The position numbers and the translations under genes were made by a program. Source: Sphagnum compactum (Eukaryota). From it: a stretch of DNA of 64,000 nt. The stretch's first letter is position 1. Each line of letters begins with the position of its first letter. Location of the stretch: positions 10,974,001 through 11,038,000 of the forward strand of contig OZ234494.1 in NCBI GenBank assembly GCA_965153455.1, written 5' to 3'. Positions 50,290 through 64,000 of this stretch are shown piece after piece. The notes under the pieces are model-generated. The model saw only the letters and a program-made list of their open reading frames with translations. It did not search any database and was not told where the DNA came from.

Positions 50290-51492
50290 TAGGCCACCAA
50301 CGGAGCTATTCTTACATCCTAACACATGTTATCGAAATCTTGTGAGTGCCTTGTCCTCATATCTTGTGTCATTCCCTAACTCTTAAACCTTCTCAATGAC
50401 AATAGAGAGCCTTTTCATCAATTTTTGAATTCTCAAGTCTCTCCCCACCCCTCCCTTTTATGGTTTTGATAGTCTCTCCAACCAAGTACATAAGATAGTT
50501 TATGGCTAGGGTGAACAAGCCTTACCTACAGTGGTACTTAGAGCTTGAGTCCTATTATGTGGTTGGAACAGGGTCAGGCTAGGGTTAGTGACCATGGAAT
50601 GATGATTTTTCACAGAATTTTGATCTCTAATATTTTGAAACGAATATACTGTCCTAAATTCCCTGTTTATACAGAAAACTCACCAAAGTTTTGAGAAAAA
50701 AACATAATATTTCTGGTGTAATTTTTGCCACATTTTGACACCGATTTAGTTTTGTGACAGTTTTCCCCCAGTTGGAAATCCTTTACAAACATGTCACCAA
50801 TTAATGCTTTAGAACATTTGGGAAATTTCGAAACCAAACAACACTGGTTGTAACCAATTGGGTCATTGGCTTGATGCTACAAACAATGGCAACTTGGGAT
50901 GAGACCTGAGGATGCTGATTGCAAAGATTGTCTGTTAGACTGAATTGATGGAAGGACAAACAATGAAGTCCCATGATTTTCAGTCTGCATGAAAGACTGG
51001 AGGAGTGTAAAGTCATGTGGGGTACAATCTTGACTTTTCTGGCTGAATACTGGTCAAAAGGAAAGCTCGTATTAGTTTATTAGGGGGGATCTGTTGTGGA
51101 AAATGCAAAAGATTTGGGCTGGCAAGATCCTTTCCCACGCCTTGAATAAGTTAGTAAATGGGCTGGGTTTAGGTATGATGGCTGTAGCCAAACAGGGTTG
51201 AAAGGAAGCTGATTTGATATGGTTCTATAGATCCACTGCTCAGTTGCCTTCCAGCAGCTTTAATAATTCAAATAGAAGGCTGGGTCAGGAGTCAGGACAG
51301 CACAGCGCAGACTCCAGACACTAGAATGGCCAAAATGATAAAAGAAACCAAAGTTAATCGCTTCATCCACAGGACAAACCCAGTGCTTGAAGGATGGGTG
51401 TGAAGGGAGAAAAAAATTCATTCCAAGATATCCCTCATCTGAGAATTTGAGATTTTAAAATGAATCTTCAATGAATTTTTTTCAGATGGATA

Positions 51493-54400
51493 TCAGGCCA
51501 CGTGAGTTTGGAGTTGGTGTATCAAACAGGGATGCGTAGTCTTGAAGTTATTTTCGCTTAACTGAAACAAGAGGCAGGCCAATATGCTGTTCACAGCAGA
51601 CAGAGAGGAGAATGCGGCATGTGGAGACACCTGTGGCCAAAGATCTTGGAAGAAGGTACCTGTAACAGTTCCTAACAATCTTTCAGTGGCACCATCCAGT
51701 AACGTAGCACAAAATATCTTAAAGCAAGCCTGATCCCACAGAACTCTAGAATCATATGGCCATCTGTCTTGTGACATGACCCACCATAGGATTAAAAAAA
51801 AATCTTCACAAAGGTCTGCACTTACATCAAACCATCTTACACAAGTGTCATGAGAGCGTGATGGGTTGTTAGATAATTTAGGTACAAAGCTTACAATAGT
51901 ACAAAATATCTTGCAGTACTGTGTTTGCACCCTACAATTATTAAGATCATCCATCTTTGCAAGTCATACAACATACCTGATAGCAACTTAGATTGAGTTA
52001 CAAAGTCTCTAAGCACAACTATTCACCTTTCATGTACAGGCACAAAGTTGATTGTCCCATAATTGCAAGCCCCACAAGGGCAGCCTTAATCTTTGAATGT
52101 GGCAAACTGTCCACCCTGATAAGTTTTTGGAGCATTTCAAGGGCACATGGAAATGGTTTCTACCTCACTGGCAGACTTGGAAGCCAAATTTAAAAGAATG
52201 CAATGTCATGCAAGTATCCTACCACTGTCTCATAACCCTGTGAGGTAATGATATTCAAGATCAGGGTTTTTCTTTTTCGATTTTGTGATGCCACAGTAGC
52301 AACCATCCGAAAGAGGAAAGAGCCAAGTTTGGCTAACTGGGTTAAAGAGGATAGTAGACATTTTCTAAAATCCTACTATCCTCCAAGGACCTAAAGTGTC
52401 TAAATATGGCAACTTTCATTTTTTTCCTGTCAGAATGTGGTGAACTAAAAGGCATCTAAAAAGAATATTGTGAAAGTTTTTTTAAAAAAAGTGTTGCATA
52501 GATGCAAAATTTCACACAAAAGAAATTGGCTGTCAAGATAATTAGCTCTCAATATCTTGGTCAAAATTTTGTGCATGGTTGATTCTACATCATGACATGC
52601 ACAAACATTTGCCTTTTTTCAAGGTTTGTCTCAAGCATCGTGGTTTAAAATTCAGTCACAATCATTTCAAAATACACAATTGGTGTATGAAACTCTGTAT
52701 GGTTGAGACATATGTTAATAGCAAAGGGGTCTGGACCCTGGTTATGTATGTGACTTATGCCCTCATTAATCATGTGGAATCTGTACTAAGCTCATCCAGG
52801 GCCCTGCTCCACCTCGGAACCCTAGTATGGAAAGGTTCATAGTTCATACCTGCCAATTTGGCTGATTTGGTATGTTTGTAAGTTGTCTTAAATGGCAGAA
52901 TTTCTGATATTTCTTACCTATCTATGCTGCATAACAACTGACCTGTGCTAGTCTATGACTTACCTATAGACATTCATACTATGCCTTAGGAGCAGTGATT
53001 TTTTTTTCAAGCATGCCTAGTTGCCAATTTGGCTACAGGGTTCAGCTATCAATTGGCTAAATTTTTATGTGAAGTGGAGCTTTATTGGCGAATTTTTTCA
53101 ATGGAGGGTGGTTATGGTGGTGAGTTGTTTTTGACAACTGTATGCAAATTGGCGACAATTATAATACTTGTGATATAAAATGTTGGCAACATATTGTCTT
53201 GCTATGTCATATATTTGGCTAAAAGGTCGGTGGCAAAGGGAGAAATTTGGCTACATAAAGCCAATAAATCTCCAATATAGTAGCATAATTTATGCGATTC
53301 AAGAAGAAACTCCCAAAAACACATTCATGATCAAATAACAATGCATGGAAGGTTTTGATTTTTACCTTATGATGGTCATTTGCAAATTGTCAAACCAACA
53401 ACTTCAACACAAAAAACTAGCTAACAAGAAACATCAACAACATTTTCATTCAACCTACAACAAAAAAGATTCAATGTTAAAAAAATGAGAACCATATCCT
53501 TTGGTCTTGTTGCAATTTTACTCACAGATTCAAAATATAAAAATGATCGTCAATATAGTGTCCCGTTTTGATCGCAAATGATATTCAAAAATCACATCAT
53601 GGCAGCCATACCCTTGCTTAAACCACATGTCAAATTCAAAAATGCATAATTGATTGCCATTCCCATTATGTAAATAAATGATAGATTGAAGAAATGGAGA
53701 ATGACAATTGTGTGTGTATTTAGTGCAAGTTCAAATTATCAATGGTCATTAACTACATCAAAATCACAAAATCATCAAAATTCAATGTGTTAGCCCAGGT
53801 CTAGGATTTAGGAACCTATGAATGTTGTCAACCTTCAACCAACCATCTACACAATAGCAATGTTTGGCTTGCTGTTTAGTAATGGCTTAATCATATGGAA
53901 AAGTTTACAATGTAAAAAAACATTGATTATGGAATTTAGTGCACAAGTCTATGTGTGTGTTTAGCTAATTTTGTAATTTGTTTTTCATGAAACTAATGGT
54001 GTTAAAAGTCCGCTTATCTTTAACAAAACCAAGGACGTGGATAGCTACAATTTCAACAATTTTAATGAATTATGAAAGCTTGTGGTTGAGAATTGAAGAT
54101 CCAAAAACTTTGCACCATAATATGGTAAGTGGATTGAGATCACTTTCTTTTCATAAGACTTGTTCAAAATTATATCCCGTTGTCATTTTGAAATAAGAAA
54201 CTTGCAAATCTAGAGCATGAGCTAATAATAATATAGGGACCAATTCCCCAAATTCACCCACCTTACAAAGGGCACAAAAGGTGGCCTTCAACATAATTAG
54301 TTGTTTGTGAAATTACTTTTTTACATCCTTTGGATTTTTCGCCCAAAATTGGGGATAAACCACACCCAGCACCATCATAACCTAATGTTTTAGGAAGTGT

Positions 54401-57400
54401 CATTCAAGCTCACTAATAAGACCTCAAGTTGCCCGGTCACACTGTTGTTTCACTTTGTCCATAACCAGCTTGAAAGATTTCCTTGTGATAAGCTGGAGCT
54501 TTCTAACACCATATAGGTCATGTTGGTATACATGGTACTTGTGTCCAACAAAAGAAAATGTCAAATACACAACATTTTCTCCACCATTGACATTAGAAAA
54601 CCGGTTCATGGGAAGGACATCATTAGTTAAGGTTTCAATGGCATTGAAGTCATCAAATGCTGGATCATCGAATTTAATGTAAGGATCACAACATATTTGA
54701 CCTTCAACATTTGGAATAAACCTTACATGTGTTCATAGTCCATCATGGACATGCATGGGTTAATAGGTGATAAATGGAAAGAAACTGCACATATTTCCAT
54801 TTATGTTTTAACGGAACATCAATTTGGAGTTGGTCCAAAATAGAAACGCACCTAACAACAAAAAATTCTCGTTCATTTTTGGCATGCATTAAGTTTTATT
54901 GAAGTAATGAGAACCATAATCTACACCTAACATAGAAACTTTAACTTTCCAATGCCCAACATGTTTGAGTAAAATATCCAACTTTGGGGCCAACAAATTT
55001 TCTTTCCTTTCAACAGATGTGCAAATCTTACATCTAACTTGTTGCATTAACCCATTCTCATCAACAATAGATTTTGCCCATGGAAAATGGGTAGTCAAGA
55101 CATCTTGAATCTTTTGTGAACTATTGTACAACTTTTGTTTCTTTGATGGAATTTGATTGCACAAAACTTCACAAGCTGAATAAAACATAATAATACTTAG
55201 TGATCTTTCCACCAATGAGACATCACCAGGCTAGGCAAAAGACATTGATGGACTACTTTCATCTTCAAGGGTTGATGAAATAGGGAACATAGGTTTGAAT
55301 TAAAAATTCTTGGGCACTTGCAAAAGGGCCATGGTGTCTTAACCTTATAACCAACAAAAGAATAGGATTAACAAAACAAAGGCCCATAGTTGAAACTTGA
55401 AGACCTTACAAATTGTACATAAAAGTTGATCAACATATTAATCAAGAAAGGACTTGGATTGTAACTTTGCAACCCTAATATGAAAGTAGTAAGAAATGGG
55501 CATTAGCAAATTCAAATTCAATTCAACGCAATTGGCAAACAATCATAACCTCATGGAAATTCAAATCATTATTTGTAACCTTAATATGAAAGTAACATGC
55601 AATCAGCATCAAACAAATTCAATTCAATGCAATTGGCAAATAATCATAAATTATAACCTCATGCAAATTTACTTCATTGTAATTTACAAACATGATATAT
55701 ACAATGTACATGTTGCAATGTAAAGTGGTGATTCTACCATCCAAGCACCATAAGATTCAAGAATAAATTAACCTTCTTCCCTACTTGTAATTGTGGCCTT
55801 ATAACTTGCAAGTTGGACTTGTAATATATTTTGACAAGTTAACTATACTTACAAAGATGTGTAAGAGCTTCAATCATGCAGCAAGGAAACAATAATTAGA
55901 ATTGTAACATAAATGCAATGTCTAACTTATAAGGATTTGAGCTCCATTGATAACTAGCATATGCACATAATTGTAGAGCATTGGGGACAATTGCAAAACT
56001 ACAAATTTTAAACCAAAATTCCTAACTAGTTGATAGTAAAGTTCAAAATCCAAATTCACCCATCTTACTTTTTTCTATTGTAGGATTGACTATTGATATA
56101 ATCTTCAACAACTTTTCAGAAGATGTGATTATCTTCACATTTAGTGGCCATGGCTTTTGCTTAGTTGCAGATTCTTCACTTATAAACACAACAATTCAAT
56201 AAGCAACGTAAGAGAAACCAATAGTTTCAACTTTCCCCAATTGTTACACATGAAGATAGAACAATTTGCCCCATGTGGGGCCATGTATAACATTCACAAT
56301 TTGAACTACATTTTTTACTAGAACAAATTTCATAGCTTGAGCCTTAAAGTATTGACTACATATTGAAATCTACCGAAATGCAAATTTTTTTTATAGAAGA
56401 CTACATACCTTTTTTTCCAATCTTGCAAGATGTAATGATTTTGTTAATTTTTTTTGTAGGTTGCAATTTGAATCCCTTGGCCGAAACAATTAGAGAAAAA
56501 AGTGGACACTAGCAATGCCTGCATGTAATAGTTTACTTTTATTGTATATTCCACGCATCCCTCATGCCCTGCCTTCATCCCAAATTTCCCAACCCACAAA
56601 TGACCATGATCACTTTCAACTGAAATAGTCACAGTGAGGTACCATGATTCCTCACTAATGAATTTCATCAACTTCCAACAATGGGTACAAATAAAAAATG
56701 AATAATTTGACCAAATTTTTTGGGTCAACTGTTATACAAACATTTGCATCCTCAATTTTGTGTCACGTTTCCAAAAGAAACAAGGAAGCCTCAATCATGT
56801 TGTTGGCTAACACTCTAGAGATATAATGAAATAAAAAAAAAGTCATAGCATTTTCATTCAAGTTATAACCAATTAGTGAAGGTAAAATTGTATTTCATGT
56901 TAGTTTGTCCTTGTACAAGCAAGCATTCTAGCTTTAGGCACAGATTAGAAGCCCTAGGCATAGAGAGTGTAGTAGTTGGGGGCTCCTGCATGATGACCAG
57001 AATTTCTTGAAGCACACCAGTGGTGACACTACTTGGATGTAGAACATCCACCAAAACAATTGGAAAATAGATCTATGAAATTGCAAAAAGGAATTATCCA
57101 TAACAATAAATAGTGGAATCATAACCATCAAGAGTTGCTCACAAAACTGTCATAAAAGATGCACATTTATGTAGAGATATTCATATAAACCTCTTTTACA
57201 AAACATGAAGTTTCATTTGTCATATATGTAGAAACATTGAATATCTAGATCAAGCTACTATTTTTCTATGAGAATTTGCTCAAATACACCAATCATGTTG
57301 TCATATTTTTTGAATAAATTTAGAAGATCAACATAAAGATATGTAAAACTTAATCTTTTGCTTCTACATTCATATAAAGATATTCACATAAACCTCCTTA

Positions 57401-60237
57401 AAAAAATACAAAACTGCATCCATCATATATATATAAACACATAAAATATCTATATTAAGCTGCTGTTTTTTTAATGAGAATATGCTCAAATGCACCAATC
57501 ATCAATCATATTGTCATCTTTCAAATAATTTTGGAAGAACAATATAAAGACATGTAAACCCTAATCTTTTGCTTCTACATTCATGTAAAAATATTCACAT
57601 AAACCTCTAAAAAAACACAAAACTAAATCTATCATATATGTAAAGACATAAAACATTTAGATTAAGTCACTGTTTTTCATGAGAATTGGCTCAAATATAC
57701 CAATAATGCTCATCTATCAAATAATATTATAAAAACAACATAAAAACATGTAAACCCTAATCTTTTGCTTTCTACTAATATTTCCCATTCAATGATGTTT
57801 GATAAAATGCTAAACATGGGGGTTCAAAATTCTTAAGCCATGAACAAAATATTAAAAAAATACTTCTTTCTATTCACACATCCAACAATGATGAAAAGTT
57901 TGACTATGAGTTTGACCAAATTCTGCAACCTTTTTTTATCATGAAATTTTCACACATGCCAATATCTTTCTTATGTTCACTGTTGTTTTTCATATGGTTA
58001 ATGATCTTGGCTTCAGGCTTTGAGATTTTGAAAAAATAACTTTCAAAAAAAGACATTGCATCAATGCCCATGTTTGGATGCAATTAATGATTGTCACTAA
58101 TATATAGCCTCCATAAAGAGATTGATGCCATGAAAAAAAATAACATTTACAAGCCATGTGTATGGAATGGAGCACAACTAGATAAAAACAGAATACCCCA
58201 AAATGACAGTAGCAAAATCCCAAAGATTAAAATAATCACAAACCCCACCACCCACCCATTCATCTTACAACCCTTCCCCATAAAAGAAAGAATTAAAATA
58301 AAATAAAATAGCACCAATTTCACATGCTCTACTACAAGTCGGAAACTATTGCTGAAAATGACAAGAGTCAGACTTACAAGTGGAGGAAAAGAAGCAGGGC
58401 ACAAGGAAGGTAGTTAGAAGATTTCCTTTGAACAGTTGTCACCAAAAATAGGTTCCACACCTCCAAGGTAGCTGTTTGCATTGAACCCGTTGTTGATGCT
58501 TCTGCTGTCGTCTTCTACATGTTCATCATGATTAGAGACAAGTATGTTCCTTTTGATGATATTTTTCATAAGAGACCATGATAAGCACTCATAAACACGT
58601 ATATTTTGCCTAGTGTGATAGCCTTAATTTCTAAGTTTCCCAATGCATGTATAGTGCCAGCGATTTTGTTGTACATATGTATCACTTGTTGCTAGCGAAT
58701 GTGCTTCAATGACAAGAGCTATGTTGGCGATAAGTTCAAGGGTGCTAAGAGCATTGTTGGCTATTGGGAGGTGACGACAGTCGCACATATGGCAACATTA
58801 GGGTTTAATTGCTCTAGATGGTGCCGATGCTGTCACATGGCGCTAGGAAGACTTGGCAATTTCATCCAAATTTTACCCCCACTTCCTTGTCACAAGCGTC
58901 TTTTTTGTGTAGCCTTTTGGCAAATTTTTGCCAAAAAAAAAAATCACTGCTTAGGAGGTGTATTCTGCCTCTGTTCATCCCTAGGAATGAACTAAACTGA
59001 CAGAATGCGGCTCTGATGGCATGTTCTCTAGTACAATAGCTGCCTTGGAAGGAAAAAGCCATATGCGAATCCATTGATCCCAGGTAAGGGTTATGAACAC
59101 AAATTCCTTTGTCTCAGATGAAGCTGATCTGTGGAAACAAGGCAGTGTGTGCACATGGGGGACTAGCTTAAAGAAAATATCAGCAAGGTATTGTGTGTGG
59201 TCCATAATCTAATGTTACCCAGTTTTTCACCAGTGTGCAGTGTTTATATCTAATTTCCAGCAAGCTGAACGCTTAAACGTCAGTGCGGACCAGAATGGCT
59301 TGCCTCCTCCCTAGTACTCCTACCTATTCTATCCCAGGTCAAAAACTGACACCCCTATGTGTAGGGTAACTTGCTCGATGGGCGTTGCACAAAGTAAGCA
59401 CAGTCAAAAAAATTTATAAAAAAAAGGGACAAGCATTTTGTGAATTGGAACACCTGTTGTGTCGTTTTATAAGGGGCGTTCTGTTTTACAAAATGCTCAC
59501 CCCGTTATTATGTACCCTCCAGATACAGTACAAAATTTGGAGCAGGGCTTTACATTATAAGGGACACCTTCCTTGTTCTCTCTTGCCCCTCTCATGTGCC
59601 AAGGGTCTCTCAAGCTTATTTATAAAAATTACTGGGCTTGGAAAGGGAGAATTTTTTTCAAGCACCTCAAGTTTTGCTATCCGCTACTATCAAAAGTCCA
59701 GTTTTGAAAGTGGAGTTGGCAGGGTTTTGGGAGGTGCTGGGCCTCAACAACATGCCCTAAAGTAGTAATAGCTTGCTTTTTTCTCGCTTGTGTGTAAATA
59801 ACCATTGTATGTGCAACTTTGACCACTCATTACTACCCATCTCAAGTCCAAATATTGAATTTCTTTTTCCACCAACCTCATATGACCACCTTCCATCTAC
59901 TATAAAAGTTTTAGGATCGTTAAAGTATGGTAGCTAAATCAAATATTCCAAAAACATCAAAATTTGAAAGCTGCCTATATTTCATAAAATTGTACATTCA
60001 TCAATGGGGATTTTTCATTTCTCACTCAAATTACACATTTTTACTCCCAAAATATTCAGATTGAAGTTCCTTATAACTCTACAAAGGCGAATTTTTTAAA
60101 ATGTGACAAAATTCCAGCTATTGGGAGATTATATGGTTGCCCCTCCCTCTTGTCACTTTGCACTGGTTTGGTCATTAAGGGTTAAATGCCTTTGGAACTT
60201 ACCTGCATAACCACACATCAGGTTCATGGCGCATGCC
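51493..60237 (-). CDS. 3' portion of an unidentified multi-exon gene, probably WD40-repeat-containing (partial model)
   Basis: Candidate exons 60237-60203 and 59128-59002 splice into GMRHEPDVWLCRSASSETKEFVFITLTWDQWIRIW (WD40-like). Exons 52115-52027 and 51767-51493 splice in phase to the stop (VDSLPHSKIKAALVGL..YMKDRWPYDSRVLWDQ..). The linking exon(s) and upstream exons (about 61-62 kb) are uncertain. Confidence 0.5.
52262..52532. mobile_element. hAT-family MITE in an intron
   Basis: Starts CAGGGTTTTT and ends AAATTGGCTG. Flanked by TCAAGAT on both sides; TTTGGCTA subterminal motif. Confidence 0.55.
53940..55215 (-). pseudogene. hAT transposase relic (N-terminal zinc finger and C-terminal dimerisation domain; most of the core apparently deleted)
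   Basis: FPWAKSIVDENGLMQQVRCKICTSVE..LAPKLDILLKHVGH at 54889-55215. Dimerisation-domain-like IVAIHVLGFVKDKRTFNTISFMKNKL at about 53970-54060. Confidence 0.8.
57160..57775. repeat. Three diverged tandem copies of an about 205-bp unit inside the hAT
   Basis: ACATT.ATGTA.AGATATTCA.ATAAACCTC..CTCAAAT..ACCAAT..GTAAA.C.TAATCTTTTGCTT recurs at about 57163, 57366 and 57576. Confidence 0.85.
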
Positions 60238-62329
60238 CTGTTGAAGTGCCATTTGTTATTTCAAACAATCCTAAATATCAGTACAAAATAAAAAAGATCC
60301 CAGCAGTTTGCAGCAGGAGCTATACTTACAACTGACAAGTTGAAAACTCTCCCATACAGCCAGAACAAAATGTGAAAAAGACACAGTACCTACTCTCAGG
60401 CCCACTGTAAATGGGTCCAGGGTCCAGATTCCTAGAGACCAATTTGGACTCATTTGAAGCAAATTGAATCCTTGAGTTGAACCCTGCCTTGGACCCTAGT
60501 TGGCATCTTGGTTCTTCAAATGGGTTTGTTTTTCTAAACCTTTTGTACATTTTTTGGTTTATTGGTGATGCAACAACTATCATATGTGTTACATAGTTAC
60601 ACTAGCTCTCCTTTTCAGCTTTAAAAAAAAATTGGTTTGAACCAATTGATTTTCCCTCCAAGCTGCTGCCATGTAGATTAGCCTTGATTTGCCACTTTAT
60701 GGTCTTTGACCCTCATCTCAAAGCCATGGGTCCAATTTATGGCTCTCATCCAATAAGATTGCTCTATTTCATTGGACCCTGGACCTTGGATCCTCATCTA
60801 AACTGACCCTTAGTTAAGGCAGACTGTGCAAATAGATGGGAGACACGCAATTTAAGAACTAATGAATGCCACAAAGTGTATTTTACCCTATAAGAGGCTA
60901 TCCACCACTACGACAGGTCTAGGCGTCAAAATTAGGGTCTAGGAGTAAAGATGACTTTACAGGCATCCTACCAGCAAGCTGTGTCATGGACCTCCCTAAA
61001 GCACTAGGGTGGATAGGCCAGTGAGTGAGCACTTAAGAACTCAAAGGACGTCGAATCCTCAGGCATTGTTCCTCTGCTTCTGAAGCTCAAAGAACATTTG
61101 AACCCTCCATCTAGGATTTCCAACATCACAAAAATTGCTCAATTTAGTAAATGAATGGGGGAAGATAACGGGTGTTTGGTGTAAGAGGGTTCAGTGTTCA
61201 ATAATGGGTGAAATAAAACAAAATAGGATTTCAAACTTAAAAAGTTTGATCATTGCATCTTTGTCGTGGAATACATAGAAGTTTTGTAAAGCCTTAGTTG
61301 GCACACTCATCAGGTTTTTAATCTCTCAAAATGGACTAAAAATGGAGAAAATATAGGTTTGAAACTAGAGAGGGGTATAAAGCTAATTTTTCAAAAAATT
61401 GAAGCAAACTATCACTCATCCTCTTCTTGTGTTTTATGTGTTTTGCTCCTTTATCTTAAACACTCTAAGAACATTTGTAGCCTTTCAGTTTGTGCATCCA
61501 ATGACATAAAAATTGCTCAATTTGGTTAAAGAATGAAAAAAATATTGAAAATTGCTTGCTAATATGTAATGGTTTAGTGATGGGTGGTTCTACCCTAATT
61601 CTGAAAACTTCCTAATGTGTTTGGTGGCCACCTTGTACACATTAATAAGGATTCTTGAAACACATTTGGTGCACCTCAAATCTACAAGAAGCCCTTTACA
61701 AATGGGGTGTAAGGTCTCTTTCTATTAGGTTGTTGTGATTATAGTTAACACATAGTATGATGTGATCCCAACAGCCTCATGGGAACTCACTGAAATGGAG
61801 CCATGTCGCTTGCTGCATGGACAGGCACTTGGAGAGCTGCAACTGGCTAGAAATTGTGTAGATACTTAATATTAGGAAGGTTTCCAACAATTCATATCTA
61901 GTGAACTTTCTAGAGAACTTAAAAAGAACAAACGTTCTCATAAGAAAAAGACAAATACATTTTTTACAAATTGAGAGTCTAACTTTACATTTGGTTAATG
62001 CTTGACCTGCAGAGGTCTGAGGTGACTGAGCACAACTAGATCAAAAACATATAATTAAAAGTTACCCTTGGACCAAAAGCTATGATTCCAATGGCTTAAA
62101 TAGAAAGAGGCCTTACTCAGTATGTATGGGAGGTCTTCCTTGTAAGTGCAAGATAGCTTTCACCTTTACCAAAGGAGAAAAACCATGTATATAAAAATCA
62201 AGAACAGGAACCCATCCATCAAAAGTAAAAAGCAAATGAGAGCACAAGTAGACACAACCCCAAAAAAAAAAAAGCAAACAATCAACAAAAAAAAGTAAAA
62301 ACCTATGCAAATAAAACCCATGGTTACGA

Positions 62330-64000
62330 AATGACGATCAATGATAACAAAGAAGACCTAAGATAAAAGAGTTGTCGTCTGTCACAAATTGGCTAATGAC
62401 GGAGGTGCATTAGCTATGATGTGTGCAAGAAATGAGGAACTTCGAAAAAATTCAGCAGCCCATTGAAGAATCGTTATGGTTTGCACATGCTACAAGGTTA
62501 TGGACATGCATTGTTGATAGTAAGAAGCAAGCATCGAGGGGACTAAAAAAGACCGTTGATGATGCGCGATAGTGGTCTGTGCACAAATGGTAAAAAATGA
62601 ATCAAAATGAAAATGAAAACATCCATACGTCTCAATAGCAAGGGGAATGAAGTCATTGCCTAGTGTTCATTCAACATATAATCGTGTTTATTATTAAGCA
62701 GCCATCATTGTTGCATGTGTTGTCATCGTTGATGTTTGCTGCACCATATCCGTGCAAATCGGATCAACAATGACAACATCCATCAAAGTCCAAAAGTCGT
62801 GTTTGGTGATAAGGATATTCACTTATCGTTGGGTGTGGTGAGGAAAAGGTGGGAAACCTCCTTTTGAACATGTGCTCCACTTTCCAAAATAATAGCTGCG
62901 ATAGTATCTTGAAGTGTGTTGCGAGTTATTATAAGTTCATTCTTGCAAGGGCACTGAAGCAAATGCGTACCTAGATCATCAATGGTATGACCACATTGAC
63001 ATTGTGAAAGATGGGCAAATGTAAATTGTGGCAAGCCAAAATAGGTATATAATGCTATAAGAAAGTGGGTTGAAGATAAACGAAATACAGGTGTGAAAGG
63101 ATGAATTAATAACCAAGCACTTGCCCTTGGACCTGCGCATGAGTGAAGACATGTTTGCATGATATTTGAAGGAACGTCTATTAGAAGTGAAGTAAATATT
63201 TGCTTGCGTAGGCAATCTGTTAAAGAAACCTACAATTGGGGATAAGATTGAACCACTAAGCTCTCAAAGGGTGGGACCTAAGAGCGGACAACTTGGGGTA
63301 ACATGGCTTGGACATCTCATAGTGTCATTTGAAACAAGGAAGTGTTAGTTTCAACATGTGTTACTACATCTAAAAGAATAGGGTGATCATCTCGTTGGAA
63401 ACAAATGATAAGTGTAAGAGTGATTAGTGCCCAACACCCCAAGAATGCACGGGCAACAGTCCAAACCATAAAATGGAAGCCGAACCCACTTGAAGAAGTA
63501 GGGAGAGTGGCTCGATGGTGAGCTAGGTGACCAATAGAATCACCAAAGATCCTGCATTAAATAACTTTTCTAACATAGCTATGGTATGAGTATCGAATTC
63601 AGTGTAATGTTGCAAAATACTTGGAAATGGAAACATTGTACAAAGCAAGTAACTTGGGCGCTAAGCATAGCACAACGAAAGCATCACAAAAATCGCCTAA
63701 GGATTTACAAGTGCAGGGAGATTAGCTATTATCCTAAGATCTTCATGAAAATCTTCAACCATAAACAACCCAATGAATAATGTGGATCTCACTGGTGCAC
63801 CCAAAATATGAAAACTTAAGTTGGGAGTAAGAAAGCTAGGAGGAAGTGATATAGAATGATCCAACCTTTGTGGAAACCAAGTTACACATTTCGTTAGCTG
63901 CACTAAAAGCCCTAATGCCGATAATTCCTACTGCAATTGTAAAAATGTAGGAACCACATTTGATGCAAGACTTATTATATGTGTATCATCTACTAAGGAA
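62330..64000 (-). mobile_element. Degraded non-LTR retrotransposon with a restriction-like endonuclease (CRE/RLE type), 3' part
   Basis: SAWL..P...FRL...FLIAL, then zinc knuckle CQCGHTIDDLGTHLLQC and RNTLQDTIA..ESGAHVQKEV. Frameshifted DILI..LMDVVIVDP follows (PD-(D/E)xK-like). Frameshifts and stops are present; the element runs off the window. Confidence 0.75.

Larger units (their letters stand above)
52993..58949 (-). mobile_element. Defective hAT DNA transposon (5957 bp), ZNF862/TTF-zinc-finger type, inserted in an intron
   Basis: TIRs CAGTGATTTTTTTTT / AAAAAAAAATCACTG. Perfect 8-bp TSD CTTAGGAG at 52985-52992 and 58950-58957. TGGCGA/TGGCTA subterminal motifs and internal transposase relics. 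Confidence 0.92.

Noticed and set aside
56535..57000. Exon-like segments (ESDHGHLWVGKFG..; EPPTTTL..) as host exons
   Set aside because: They lie inside the TSD-bounded hAT and do not give a consistent phase chain with the flanking host exons.

Overview
Eukaryotic, AT-rich, transposon-laden land-plant DNA. A bryophyte, most plausibly Sphagnum, is my inference from the retroelement lineage and repeat families. Four host genes are supported: a 3-exon FEZ/ANAC009-like NAC transcription factor (+, 364-2698), an intronless germin-like cupin (-, 4940-5731), an atypical BolA-domain gene (+, 27933-28304) and a 6-exon proteasome assembly chaperone PBAC1/PSMG1 with a C-terminal HbYX motif (-, 42739-46169). 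There is also the partial 3' part of an unidentified, probably WD40-repeat gene (-, about 51.5-60.2 kb or beyond). The rest is mobile DNA: two non-autonomous Helitrons, several hAT MITEs with 8-bp target-site duplications (TSDs), a 6-kb defective hAT inside the WD40-like gene, CACTA derivatives (one carrying a tRNA-like module), a pogo-type transposase relic, a solo LTR, a CRE/RLE-type LINE relic, and an oddly built Ty3/Gypsy insertion whose right terminus lies inside the pol coding sequence. I see no prokaryote-type system (CRISPR, operon). All splice models were read by eye and need RNA-seq confirmation.
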